A DNA stretch of 64,000 bases from a candidate division WWE3 bacterium (GTDB taxonomy: Bacteria > Patescibacteriota > 4484-211 > GCA-002791395), in assembly GCA_013335095.1 (NCBI GenBank), contig JAAXWF010000004.1, forward strand, positions 74,740 to 138,739. The letters are read 5' to 3'. The first letter of the stretch is position 1. Each line of letters opens with the position of its first letter. Below the pieces are notes generated by a model. The model ran no database searches. It was not told the origin of the DNA and saw only the letters and a list, made by a program, of their open reading frames with translations. Position numbers and translations under genes: made by a program. Shown here one piece after another: positions 30,441 to 40,077 of this stretch.

Positions 30441-31313
30441 ATGAACAAAATTATTCCGGAGTTTCCCGAAGCTATTCCATTAAATCTACAGATGCAGCCG
30501 ATTTTCGATGAGTTTCATCAGCAATTTAATTTGGCGACAACAGCGACATCACTGTCTAACTTGTTCCTGCTTGATAGTGAAAATAAAACAACCGTGAGTA
30601 CCCTACTCGGCAATCTGTTAATTCAGCGTAAGGAGGATTCATATCCACGGCCAAGCACGTTTGTCATTGGTAATCTGCATATCGACGAAGTCCTAAATCA
30701 GTTAGCCCAGCATGGCATTGGTTATATTGATCAATATCCGTGGGAATTACCGAATGCTCAGGTTGATCTAGATAATTCCGAATATCTATACTCTGTTGCC
30801 GAGATGAAAGCAATGAATGGACATACATATAGCGGAATGAGAAGAAAAATCAGACTGTTTGAACGTTATCCATCAATAGAATGTATTCCTGTAAAAACCA
30901 ATAATTTGTTCGAGGTTACCGAGTTTGATGAGTTATGGCGTGATCAATACCAAAAACGCCATACAATTGACGATGCGCTACACGAAGAAAAAGCCGCATT
31001 TGAAAAATCACTGTTATTTTATACCCCTCTTCATCTTCAAACCCATGCACTGTATGTTCAAAATACACTAGTCGGCTATTGTATTGGAGAAATACTATTT
31101 TCGCATGTGTATGCAATTCACTTCTTCAAAACCAATACCGCATATACCGGTGCCGGAGAATTTCTTTTTCATGCAATCGCGCAAATGTTACCGTCACAGG
31201 TTGATCTAATAAACTTTCAACAAGATTTAGGAATAAAAGGGTTACGACAATTTAAGCAAAGCTTATCGCCAATGAAAAAAATAACCGTCTACACCGTACC
31301 AACAACTCATTAA
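30441..31313 (+). CDS. DUF2156-like (lysyl-PG synthase C-terminal-like) protein
   Basis: 290 aa. Acetyltransferase-like fold signatures. Weak assignment. Confidence 0.35.
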   Translation: MNKIIPEFPEAIPLNLQMQPIFDEFHQQFNLATTATSLSNLFLLDSENKTTVSTLLGNLLIQRKEDSYPRPSTFVIGNLHIDEVLNQLAQHGIGYIDQYPWELPNAQVDLDNSEYLYSVAEMKAMNGHTYSGMRRKIRLFERYPSIECIPVKTNNLFEVTEFDELWRDQYQKRHTIDDALHEEKAAFEKSLLFYTPLHLQTHALYVQNTLVGYCIGEILFSHVYAIHFFKTNTAYTGAGEFLFHAIAQMLPSQVDLINFQQDLGIKGLRQFKQSLSPMKKITVYTVPTTH

Positions 31314-31314
31314 T

Positions 31315-32730
31315 CTATTGAAAGATTCCCCGAAGCGTTAAAAAACTAAAGGTCCCAAAAAAGACAAATGCTACAACTAATACAAATGTACGGAAAAAGC
31401 TTGGTCTAAGCTCTGTGGGGAGTTGAGTTTTGTTTAAAAACAGCATTAATCCGATAAGGACAAACATCGCCACGGCGTTAAATACCGCCCCTAAGGTTAT
31501 GAGTGTACGAGGCTCAGCAAACCCAGTAAACATCACCACAATACCAAATAAGAGTTGTATCCACAGAACTGAATAGTACATCTTAGAAATATGAACCGAT
31601 GAGTTTGACCGAAGTAATAAGATATTTTCGGTAATAATTCGGCTGGTTGAATCAAGCACCGTCAATTGAGTCGCAAGAAGCATGACACCGGTAACCAATA
31701 AAAACAGTACGCCAAAGAAGGGAAGTGTCGATTTACCAATAACCATTGCCTCATTTATTACAAAGTTAATCCCCTGACTATTATCGAGTCCATACACCGT
31801 GGTATATGACAACAGCGCGAGCATGAGCATGGTTAATAACCCGAGTCCCCAAAATACAACTAAATGTTCGATATTGATTCGCTTCCACCATACGGTAAAT
31901 CGTTCCATATTGGTGGGGTTAACTTTAAATGTAGTTCCACTTAATCGAATTGATTGATTGGCTCCCGAACTAGTAAAAAGACTCTTTATTTTGTCGGCAT
32001 ATGCACCCATTCCATACCCTTTGTCACGAATATAAAAAGATTGAGCGAGGTTCAAATTCCCACCAGCCCCAGAATATCCTAACGCACCGAAAAATGATGT
32101 TAGGGCAATGCCAGCAGGTAACCAGTGATAATCGTTACCAATACCAATAAGTCCTTGAGCCAATGCTTGAAAATCCATCCGTTCAGATAAATATAGTGTA
32201 AGGAATAAGATAAACGGGACCCCAATACTAATAAGTACTTTTTGCAGACGTTCTACGGTTTGGTACAGGACTTTTCCAAGAGTCAGCACCGCGCCGATGA
32301 ATAGAAACATGAGTACCGCAAGTATTCGTGGGTTCATGATGGGCTGGCCTCCGCCAAGGGCATTTGCCAATAAAGTTGCACCAGAAAGACCAATCCCTGG
32401 CCATCCGAACCCAATAAAAGTCGATACGATAAACCATACCGGAAGCCATTTGAACATTCTGACAAATCCGACAAAGACGCTTTCGCCATTAATAAGCGCG
32501 TAGCGTTCCACTTCCATATTGATAAAGAATTGAAATGTTATTCCGACTAGCATTCCCCAGACGATTCCGAGTCCATAATTACTCGCCAAATACGGCCAGA
32601 GGATTACTTCACCACTGCCCAGACCAAGGCCAAGCAAGATAAAACTTGGTCCAAGAAGTTTTTTTATTGGCAACGGTTCCGGTAATGGCTTTACCGACAA
32701 CTGGAGGTGTGCAGGTACTGGCATATGCAT
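31315..32730 (-). CDS. NRAMP-like polytopic membrane transporter
   Basis: 471 aa, 10-11 TM helices. N-terminal LGPSF...GSGE motif resembles the NRAMP GPGF/DPGN region. Confidence 0.45.
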   Translation of the reverse strand: MHMPVPAHLQLSVKPLPEPLPIKKLLGPSFILLGLGLGSGEVILWPYLASNYGLGIVWGMLVGITFQFFINMEVERYALINGESVFVGFVRMFKWLPVWFIVSTFIGFGWPGIGLSGATLLANALGGGQPIMNPRILAVLMFLFIGAVLTLGKVLYQTVERLQKVLISIGVPFILFLTLYLSERMDFQALAQGLIGIGNDYHWLPAGIALTSFFGALGYSGAGGNLNLAQSFYIRDKGYGMGAYADKIKSLFTSSGANQSIRLSGTTFKVNPTNMERFTVWWKRINIEHLVVFWGLGLLTMLMLALLSYTTVYGLDNSQGINFVINEAMVIGKSTLPFFGVLFLLVTGVMLLATQLTVLDSTSRIITENILLLRSNSSVHISKMYYSVLWIQLLFGIVVMFTGFAEPRTLITLGAVFNAVAMFVLIGLMLFLNKTQLPTELRPSFFRTFVLVVAFVFFGTFSFLTLRGIFQ

Positions 32731-32806
32731 ATCCTACCATTTTTTACTTAGTGAATAAAATAACTGCAAAGGCAAGGATTATCCGGTATGATGAAAATAA
32801 TTTTAT

Positions 32807-33547
32807 ATGGAAACTCGTTTCACGATTAACAGATCTCAATTAATCACGATTATCGGACTTGTGTTTTTGATTGTAATTGGACTATGCGCCGTGTTTATTC
32901 AACAAGGGCATTTGTCAGTTGCGGGCTTAACGACTGAGCCAACCGCGACGATTCCACCAAGAACAGTTAGCCCCCTTATAGGATCAATTACACCTGCAAT
33001 AACGGTGCTTCCAACAAAAGGTTTGAAATCAGCGCCGACACCAACGCCGTATGTCGGAACAAAGATTACTCCAAAACCAACTAGTAAATCAAAGATAACG
33101 CCTTCGGCCTCGCCCGCTGGTCCAACCGTTCCTTCAGACAATACAAGTATAGACGTGATTTTAGCGAACGAATCATTGAATTTAGGGCGCCTGATCTGTG
33201 GGCCGAGTCAACAAACTGCGGTGAATAATAAAATTAAACAGCTCGATTCAGACATTTCCACATCAGCAAAGACATATATTGCTTGTAACAATACAGCAAA
33301 GACAAAAGGAGATGCGTGTATAAATGCATGTGGAACAAGTATTAGTTGCCTAGAGGGATGCGGTATGACGTGTGAATCAGAATCGAAATCATGCAACGAT
33401 GTGTATGTTTCTATTGCGATACCTCTTATAAGTCAATTTATTCAAGATGTTTCGGGAATTTGCTACAACTCCGAAGATATAAACCCGAATAAGAAACCAA
33501 CGCTAACGATAACCGCCTGTTATACTGACCCATACGACAAGCAATAG
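32807..33547 (+). CDS. Secreted/membrane-anchored cysteine-rich protein
   Basis: 246 aa. N-terminal TM helix, PT-rich linker, C-terminal domain with more than 10 Cys. Confidence 0.4.
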   Translation: METRFTINRSQLITIIGLVFLIVIGLCAVFIQQGHLSVAGLTTEPTATIPPRTVSPLIGSITPAITVLPTKGLKSAPTPTPYVGTKITPKPTSKSKITPSASPAGPTVPSDNTSIDVILANESLNLGRLICGPSQQTAVNNKIKQLDSDISTSAKTYIACNNTAKTKGDACINACGTSISCLEGCGMTCESESKSCNDVYVSIAIPLISQFIQDVSGICYNSEDINPNKKPTLTITACYTDPYDKQ

Positions 33548-33550
33548 ATC

Positions 33551-34078
33551 ATGATTCGTCGAAAATTAACCCGCAAACAAATTAAACTGATTACAACTCT
33601 TATTGCTGGTGCAATTTTAACCGTCATTGGGATTCTTTACCCAAACGCAAATAAGCCACAATCGACAAGTGGCCAAAATGAATTCGTGGTAACACGAGTT
33701 ATTGATGGTGATACCTTTGTTATCGATACGGGTCAAAAGATTCGCCTAATTGGTGTGGATACCCCTGAAATTGCAAAAAAGACGCCCCCCGCCGAATGTT
33801 ATGCCAACGAAGCGATGCTTTTCACTCAAAAGCAGCTCGAAAATAAAACAATCCGCTTAGAAAAAGATGTGTCCGAAACCGATAAGTATGGCCGCCTGCT
33901 TCGCTATGCGTATCTCAATGATGAGCTTTTTAACCAAACGCTGGTAGAACATGGCTATGCACTAGCCCGCTCGTATCCACCGGATGTAGCTAAACAAGAC
34001 GTACTTCAAGAAAGTGAACAATCTGCACGGACAAATAACCAAGGACTGTGGAACCCAGCTGTGTGCCCGAAACAATAG
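33551..34078 (+). CDS. Thermonuclease (SNase-like) family nuclease, membrane-anchored
   Basis: 175 aa. RVIDGDTFVI...RLIGVDTPE Ca-binding/catalytic motif and downstream R/E/Y residues. Confidence 0.7.
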   Translation: MIRRKLTRKQIKLITTLIAGAILTVIGILYPNANKPQSTSGQNEFVVTRVIDGDTFVIDTGQKIRLIGVDTPEIAKKTPPAECYANEAMLFTQKQLENKTIRLEKDVSETDKYGRLLRYAYLNDELFNQTLVEHGYALARSYPPDVAKQDVLQESEQSARTNNQGLWNPAVCPKQ

Positions 34079-34377
34079 CCTCAAGTAGCCTATAATCATT
34101 GCATTAACCCCCTAAACATCCTATAATTAAAGTGCGTACAGCTACGCAAGTAGTTTTACGTACTTTGGTAATACCAAAGATGCACTTTTTTATACGCATG
34201 AATTTGAACTAATGTAACGTTCACGTTGCTCCTGCGCCTTATCCAGGCCGTTGAGGATATAATAGTTATGTCTTCTACGGCCCGGATAAGAGTGTCGGCC
34301 TTACAAGCCGACTCGGACAACCCCGCGCAATCGGGGTTTATTGGTGGCGGTTCTACCGCCCAGATGAGGAGATCGCA

Positions 34378-34683
34378 ATGGATACCGATCTGCTATGGAG
34401 CCGAATCGAGGAGCGGGCGGCGGTTATGGCGATAGTTGCGAGTGCGATACTGGACGAGGGGGGCACTTTCCCCGTCCGTTTTAATCGAGCACTCAAAATG
34501 GTCGCTGAAAATGAGATCGAACTTACGGTGAGGGAGTGGATACAGGTCCTTCGGGGCCTTGGCATCTACGACTTCAACCAGTACTTCGGGCTCATTGGAA
34601 ACGTCCGTGTACCTGGCGGAACGCTCCCGTACTACGATAAGTTCGATCGGGAGATGTCTGCTATCGATTGGCACGGTTTCTAA
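34378..34683 (+). CDS. Hypothetical small protein (island cassette gene 1)
   Basis: 101 aa, about 58% GC. Preceded by hairpin GGTGGCGGTTCTACCGCCCA and a GAGGAG RBS. Confidence 0.45.
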   Translation: MDTDLLWSRIEERAAVMAIVASAILDEGGTFPVRFNRALKMVAENEIELTVREWIQVLRGLGIYDFNQYFGLIGNVRVPGGTLPYYDKFDREMSAIDWHGF

Positions 34684-34721
34684 AAAGGTGGCGGTTCTAC
34701 CGCCCACAAGGAGAGGTACCA

Positions 34722-35126
34722 ATGGCGACCTCAGCAGGCAGCCGTGCGCAGCTCAAGTCCGTGATCGAGGCCCTCGGCGAAGTCTACACAGTCGCTCTGG
34801 ACCTGGGGTACAATCCCCAGCCGGGGCTTGACCGTAGAATCTTCGCCCGGATGGCTAGTGCCGCCCATAACGGCACGCACATCGTGATCGGAATACAGCG
34901 GGCCGCCAAGAGGGCTAAGGAGCTGGGTATCGAGATGAATCCCACCGATTGGCTCCCCTATCTGGGGGCCTTTGGGATCAACTCGTACGAGCTTCTGCTG
35001 CTGGCGATCGGGGACTACACGTTCCAGATCGTCGGCGATGACCTTACCAGCGCGATTGTCGCCGGCCTCAAGCCCTGGGACTTCCCCGGGTATGAGGGTT
35101 GGCGGCCGGAGGAATCCGGCAAATAG
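34722..35126 (+). CDS. Hypothetical small protein (island cassette gene 2)
   Basis: 134 aa. Start chosen at the ATG 7 nt after AAGGAGAGG, which follows a second copy of the GGTGGCGGTTCTACCGCCCA hairpin. Confidence 0.45.
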   Translation: MATSAGSRAQLKSVIEALGEVYTVALDLGYNPQPGLDRRIFARMASAAHNGTHIVIGIQRAAKRAKELGIEMNPTDWLPYLGAFGINSYELLLLAIGDYTFQIVGDDLTSAIVAGLKPWDFPGYEGWRPEESGK

Positions 35127-35286
35127 GTTCCGATTCGGCGTTTGCCGGGGCTGAGGGGGAGCAATCCACCCAAAGTCCCGGCCTTTTTTGTTATATCTCT
35201 TTTATTTCAATTTTTATTTGACGACCTACAATAATTAACCTATAATAATTTCGTCTTTTTCATCCGGATAACAAGGAGGTGGCTCA

Positions 35287-35868
35287 ATGAGCCAGAACCA
35301 AGGAACGCTACCAACCATTCTGGTAGACCTGTCGTTCAGGTATGCAGGAACGCTCCTGCATGCTACTCACATTGATGCCGATGGTAATGCCCAGGTTGAG
35401 TTCCCGATCAGCTTCGGCGGAGGACGACTCCGAAGTGGTCGACGCAAGAGTGAGTACTTCATCCTCACCCTAGAACTTTCTGAGCTAGTAAGAATCATGG
35501 CTCTCTTCCAGAACCTGATTCACCGGATCCCTGAGGTCCAGGCGATGGCCGAAAACGCCATCACGGTGATCTCGCAGCAGGGGACGAAACTAAACCGGGA
35601 GGTCACGATCAAGCCGATCGTACGCACCCTCGTGGTTGCGACATCCCTCCCATCACGGGATGAGTCAGAGGCCGAAGTTGTTCTGGCGGCGGGAACGCAG
35701 GTGAGCATCTGGGGAGTATGTGACCCAACTCACCCGTACTTCTACGCCACTATCGGGGGAAACCGTTCGGCGCTTATTCCGGCAACCAATGTCGAAAACG
35801 GCGCGGATCTGGCGACCCGAATCTTCAAGCAGGCGGCGGAGCTATTCCGCCCGCTGGGAGGTGAGTAA
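35287..35868 (+). CDS. Hypothetical protein (island cassette gene 3)
   Basis: 193 aa. Preceded by the conserved TATAAT-N10-TTTTCATCCGGATA-AAGGAGG leader. C-terminal half resembles the next ORF (GTQV..G motif). Confidence 0.45.
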   Translation: MSQNQGTLPTILVDLSFRYAGTLLHATHIDADGNAQVEFPISFGGGRLRSGRRKSEYFILTLELSELVRIMALFQNLIHRIPEVQAMAENAITVISQQGTKLNREVTIKPIVRTLVVATSLPSRDESEAEVVLAAGTQVSIWGVCDPTHPYFYATIGGNRSALIPATNVENGADLATRIFKQAAELFRPLGGE

Positions 35869-36173
35869 TGAGCAACCCCGGTCTTGACGAGCTCCCGCTT
35901 CGTATAACTGAGCGGGTTCATGACATGGTGAGAACGGAACCTGCCATAGTGGCTTACACCACGGTAGGGCTCCAACTGACCTCAGAAACCGCTGGTGCCC
36001 AAATTCTACCGATAGGCACACAAGTGCTCGTCGTCGGCATATTTGGGTACAATCCGCCACGACTAATCGTCATCTGGCCGGATGGATCTGAAAGTGGTGT
36101 GGAGAAGTCCATCATTGAAGATGGAGAGGCATTGATTACGAGGATCACTAAGCTCCGTGATCCATCGGCCTAG
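35868..36173 (+). CDS. Hypothetical small protein (island cassette gene 4)
   Basis: 101 aa. TAATG stop/start overlap with gene 3 (translational coupling). Followed by a strong terminator. Confidence 0.45.
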   Translation: MSNPGLDELPLRITERVHDMVRTEPAIVAYTTVGLQLTSETAGAQILPIGTQVLVVGIFGYNPPRLIVIWPDGSESGVEKSIIEDGEALITRITKLRDPSA

Positions 36174-36194
36174 CCATTTGAAGTGACAAAACCA

Positions 36195-36227
36195 CCCCAG
36201 GGACTAAAAAACCTGGGGCTTTTTTTA
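36195..36227 (+). terminator. Rho-independent terminator (CCCCAGG-loop-CCTGGGG + T8)
   Basis: 7-bp GC-rich stem, 10-nt loop, followed by TTTTTTT. Lies between the convergent island cassette and pgk. Confidence 0.6.
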
Positions 36228-36239
36228 TTTTAGGGAATA

Positions 36240-37463
36240 TTATTCTTCACGGAGCATTTCTAACGCAGGGAGTTTTTTACCGGCAATAAATTCTAACGTC
36301 GCACCACCGGCTAAACTAATGTGAGTAAACTGAGTAGGATTACTAAATCGATTGATTACTGCAATCGTATCTCCTCCGCCAACAATCGAATCATTCTTAG
36401 AATTGGCCATAGCTTGAGCAACTATTTTTGAGCCATTTGCAAAACGATCATCTTCAAACTTTCCCATCGGACCATTCCAAAATACTGTACCCGATTTATG
36501 GATAATATCTGCATACATTTGCGCAGTAGCCGGACCAATATCGAATGCAGCCCAACCCGGTGCGACAGCTTGTTTCCCATCGACATACATAACTTGAGTT
36601 AAAAACGAATAATCCGAACTCTCTCCTACCACAACATCAACTGGCATTACAATCTTGTCACTTTTCTGAGCTTTTTCTAATAACTCTTTTGCATATTCAA
36701 CCCAATCTTTTTTTACCTTCTTTTGAGCATCCACAAAAACATCCTCGACATATGAATCAGCCATATCATGACCGGCAGCTTTCAAGAAAACATTTGCCAC
36801 GCCACCACCAACCAAAAACTGATCTGCGACGTTAAATAAATTATTAATGGCATCGACCTTATCCGAAACTTTTGCACCGCCGATAATTACGGTAAATGGC
36901 CGTTTTGGCGATTCGAGAATTCCCGACAAACTAGACGCCTCTTTTATGCAGTAAAATCCGGCATAACTCGGAAGATGACGCATGATACCAGTTACAGAAG
37001 CATGAGCTCGATGTGCTTGAGGAAAAGCATCGAAAACAACAACCTCACCATTTTTAGCAAGTTCCAATGCAAAAGAGTCATCATCGGTCATCTCTTCTGG
37101 ATGAAAACGGGTATTTTCGAGCATAACAATCTCACCAGGATGCATACGGTGTATAAAGGATTGGACTTCGTCTCCAATGCATTCATCTAATTTTTGTACT
37201 GGGTGATTTAATAATCGAGCTAAAACTTCGGCGTGAGGTGTCGTACGAAGAGATTCAACAACTTTACCATCAGGTCGCCCAACAAAGGTTAAGATAACAA
37301 TTTTGCATTGTTTTTCTAGAAGGTATTGTAACGTTGGAAGAGTTGCTTCTATTCGGCTTTCATCGGTAAGAGTACCGTCATCTTCGACATTTATATCGTA
37401 TGGGGAACGATATAAAACAGTCTTATCAGTAAGATCAGCAGTTTCGAGTGAACGCAAACGCAT
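36240..37463 (-). CDS. pgk: Phosphoglycerate kinase
   Basis: 407 aa. N-domain substrate-binding residues, hinge and C-terminal nucleotide-binding GGGA motif region (IIGGAKVSDK, GGGVAN). Confidence 0.85.
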   Translation of the reverse strand: MRLRSLETADLTDKTVLYRSPYDINVEDDGTLTDESRIEATLPTLQYLLEKQCKIVILTFVGRPDGKVVESLRTTPHAEVLARLLNHPVQKLDECIGDEVQSFIHRMHPGEIVMLENTRFHPEEMTDDDSFALELAKNGEVVVFDAFPQAHRAHASVTGIMRHLPSYAGFYCIKEASSLSGILESPKRPFTVIIGGAKVSDKVDAINNLFNVADQFLVGGGVANVFLKAAGHDMADSYVEDVFVDAQKKVKKDWVEYAKELLEKAQKSDKIVMPVDVVVGESSDYSFLTQVMYVDGKQAVAPGWAAFDIGPATAQMYADIIHKSGTVFWNGPMGKFEDDRFANGSKIVAQAMANSKNDSIVGGGDTIAVINRFSNPTQFTHISLAGGATLEFIAGKKLPALEMLREE

Positions 37464-37466
37464 TAT

Positions 37467-38933
37467 TTATAAAACCTCTTGTATTGTTATTGTATTCGTT
37501 GAACCCGGAACACGCCAGCGGCGACCGTGAACAATTAATAAACGATTACCTGGATGAGCGATACCTTGAGCCTTTAAGGCATCGACGGCTTCTTCAAGTG
37601 ATACGTCAGTCTCTTCGGGGAACGGTAGGTTAACCGGTTCAATACCATACGATAACTGGAGTTGACCGCGAATTGTTTCATCAACGGTAATTGCAAAGAT
37701 CGGAATATCAAGACGGAATCGCGATAATGAATACGCAGTGCGGCCAGTTTCACTAAAAACGATAATCGCATCGATATCAAAATTTTTGCGAGTTGAAACG
37801 ATCTTGTTTACCGCATAGGTTAAAATGTCGGTTTGATCCAAAGCTTTTTCCATAGATAAATCAGGAACATACATGTGGGCCTTTGTTTCATTGAACTCGG
37901 CGATTTTTGCCATAGTACGTACGGCTTCAACCGGATATTTACCCTGGGCACTTTCACCAGAAAGCATAATTGCATCGGTTCCATCAAACACAGCATTAGC
38001 AACGTCGGTTACTTCGGCACGTGTAGGCATCCGTTCGGTAATCATAGATTGGAGCATTTGAGTTGCAGTAATAACCGGCTTTCCAACAATACGGCAGGTA
38101 TTAATGATTTCATTTTGCCAATAAGCGATCTCTTCGAGCGGAGTCTCAATACCAAGATCACCACGAGCAATCATTATTGCATCTGATAAAGTTATGATTT
38201 CGCCTAAATGATGCAATGCCAAACTGGTTTCGATCTTTGAAACGATTTTGGCTGGCATTTTATATTCATCCAGTTTATTTTTCAAAACATTAATGTCTTC
38301 ACCGGTACGAATAAATGATAACGCTACGTAAGCGATTTCTAAATCTTTAAATGCATCTAGAAACATAACATCTCGTTCGGTAAGTGATGGGACATCAACA
38401 TACACTGTGGGTAAATTGACTCCTTTACGATTGCCAACGGTATAATTGTCTAGCGCGGTCGCAACAACAGAATCGCCTTCTTTACGAACAACTTCAAAAT
38501 GGATAAATCCATCATCGATTAAAATAATTGTTCCGATATTTAGTTCATTGATAATTTGTTGATTAGGAATAACAAACTCTTTTTCTTTACCGGTAAAATC
38601 TGCCGAAAAATATGCTTCTTCACCAGATTTAACTTCGACAGGTTGTTTGTTTGGTGTAGCAATACGGATTTCTGGACCTTGAAGGTCTACAAGAATACCA
38701 ACCGGCTTGTTCATGCGTTTGCTAATCGAAAGAACTGATTCGATTCGTTCACGATGCCACTCCGGCTCATTATGTTTTAGATTGAAACGAAATACATCAA
38801 CGCCCGCATCAATCATTTTTTCGATAGTATCAGGAGATTCCGACGCAGGTCCGAGCGTCGCAACTATTTTTGTTCTGCGCACGTTCATTATTCTAGTCGA
38901 TGATCCCGAATAATCAACCCCCAATACATACAA
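37467..38933 (-). CDS. pyk: Pyruvate kinase
   Basis: 488 aa ORF. Real start likely the internal Met (MNVRRTKIVATLGP, near 38888). K+/Mg-binding and MIARGDLG active-site motifs. Confidence 0.85.
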   Translation of the reverse strand: MYVLGVDYSGSSTRIMNVRRTKIVATLGPASESPDTIEKMIDAGVDVFRFNLKHNEPEWHRERIESVLSISKRMNKPVGILVDLQGPEIRIATPNKQPVEVKSGEEAYFSADFTGKEKEFVIPNQQIINELNIGTIILIDDGFIHFEVVRKEGDSVVATALDNYTVGNRKGVNLPTVYVDVPSLTERDVMFLDAFKDLEIAYVALSFIRTGEDINVLKNKLDEYKMPAKIVSKIETSLALHHLGEIITLSDAIMIARGDLGIETPLEEIAYWQNEIINTCRIVGKPVITATQMLQSMITERMPTRAEVTDVANAVFDGTDAIMLSGESAQGKYPVEAVRTMAKIAEFNETKAHMYVPDLSMEKALDQTDILTYAVNKIVSTRKNFDIDAIIVFSETGRTAYSLSRFRLDIPIFAITVDETIRGQLQLSYGIEPVNLPFPEETDVSLEEAVDALKAQGIAHPGNRLLIVHGRRWRVPGSTNTITIQEVL

Positions 38934-39040
38934 AAGACATACAAATTACCAACAATATTCACATTTTATTTGATGTAGCTATGGTATTTTGCTATCATCG
39001 TGGCGTTCACACTAGGCAAGGAATAATTAAGGAGGTGGCA

Positions 39041-39910
39041 ATGCCACGGCTACATGAGCTGGAAATCACCATTACGTTAAATGGTGAAAAGTCGGTGACA
39101 AATCTCGGACGAATAGCATTACACGATGCTGTTCGAAAAATAGTCGAGATGAACCCGACGGTTGGCCCGGCAAACATGTCGGTTCGTCAAGTCGATATAG
39201 ATCGGATCCTGCCGAATATAACCTTTCGCCAGCAGACGAACAGTCTATTTTCCCAACTGCTGGCAGAGCGAGTAGAAGCAGATCCGCAGCCACCCCTTCC
39301 CCACCATGTGAATGAAGAGGTATACGCCATCTGCCCCTGGTGCCGTAAAGAGGTTGGTGATGAGGTCTATCGAACTCTCAAGGATTGGAATTACATCCAG
39401 CCCGACTGGACACTGACCGACAAATTCGATGAATTCGAATGTCCACATTGCGGCCAAGTTATTGGTCGGTATTTAAGTGTGTGGCTGACCCAGCCAGTTA
39501 AACTGGGTGCGGCACTCTTTGCTAACCATCCAGTGGTGTACGGTGAACGGCTAGCTCGGTATAAAGAGCTACATTGGCTATTAGTAAATCTATCGGAAGA
39601 ACTAGGCCAATTGACACAAGTCGCGATTTTTGAACGATTTGGATGGCGCTGGAACCAGCTTCCTCCACTGGCTGAAGTGGCTCGATCAAAAGGAATTACG
39701 ATTGATCGGCGACGTAAGCAGGAACAGACGGGTCTTAGGAAATTGCGCAATCGGCGCAATGCCGAACAAATGACAGGAGCAGCCGACCCAACGGGGACCT
39801 TTGAAATATTAAGACTAAAACAGCAGATTGCTGATTTAGAAACACGGCTAAGAATATTAACCGTGGAAAACTCCAATCTGCAGGGACTCTTATTAGCTCT
39901 GCGGAAATAG
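39041..39910 (+). CDS. Zinc-ribbon protein with sigma-70 region-4-like HTH (paralog A)
   Basis: 289 aa from the ATG 7 nt after AAGGAGG. CPWC-x35-CPHC zinc ribbon. C-terminal IFERFGW...LAEVARSKGITIDRRRKQEQTGLRKLR closely parallels rpoD region 4 (LELRFGL...[27 protein letters not shown]). No region 2. Confidence 0.5.
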   Translation: MPRLHELEITITLNGEKSVTNLGRIALHDAVRKIVEMNPTVGPANMSVRQVDIDRILPNITFRQQTNSLFSQLLAERVEADPQPPLPHHVNEEVYAICPWCRKEVGDEVYRTLKDWNYIQPDWTLTDKFDEFECPHCGQVIGRYLSVWLTQPVKLGAALFANHPVVYGERLARYKELHWLLVNLSEELGQLTQVAIFERFGWRWNQLPPLAEVARSKGITIDRRRKQEQTGLRKLRNRRNAEQMTGAADPTGTFEILRLKQQIADLETRLRILTVENSNLQGLLLALRK

Positions 39911-40077
39911 AGCTAGTGTAAATACCGGCTAATGAGGGAATCTCATTGGCCGGTATATTAACGACACATACATTTCCATATCTCTCGACACGCTACCGTT
40001 TGCATAACATTATCGGCTTTGTTATCATTTCCCTGACTACAACCAGTAGTTGTTGGATAACGCAAGGGAGGTGCTCT

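Noticed and set aside
34226-34435. 69-aa plus-strand ORF spanning the cassette leader
   Set aside because: It runs straight through the three leader hairpins and the start of cassette gene 1 in another frame. It is more parsimoniously an artefact of GC-rich sequence.
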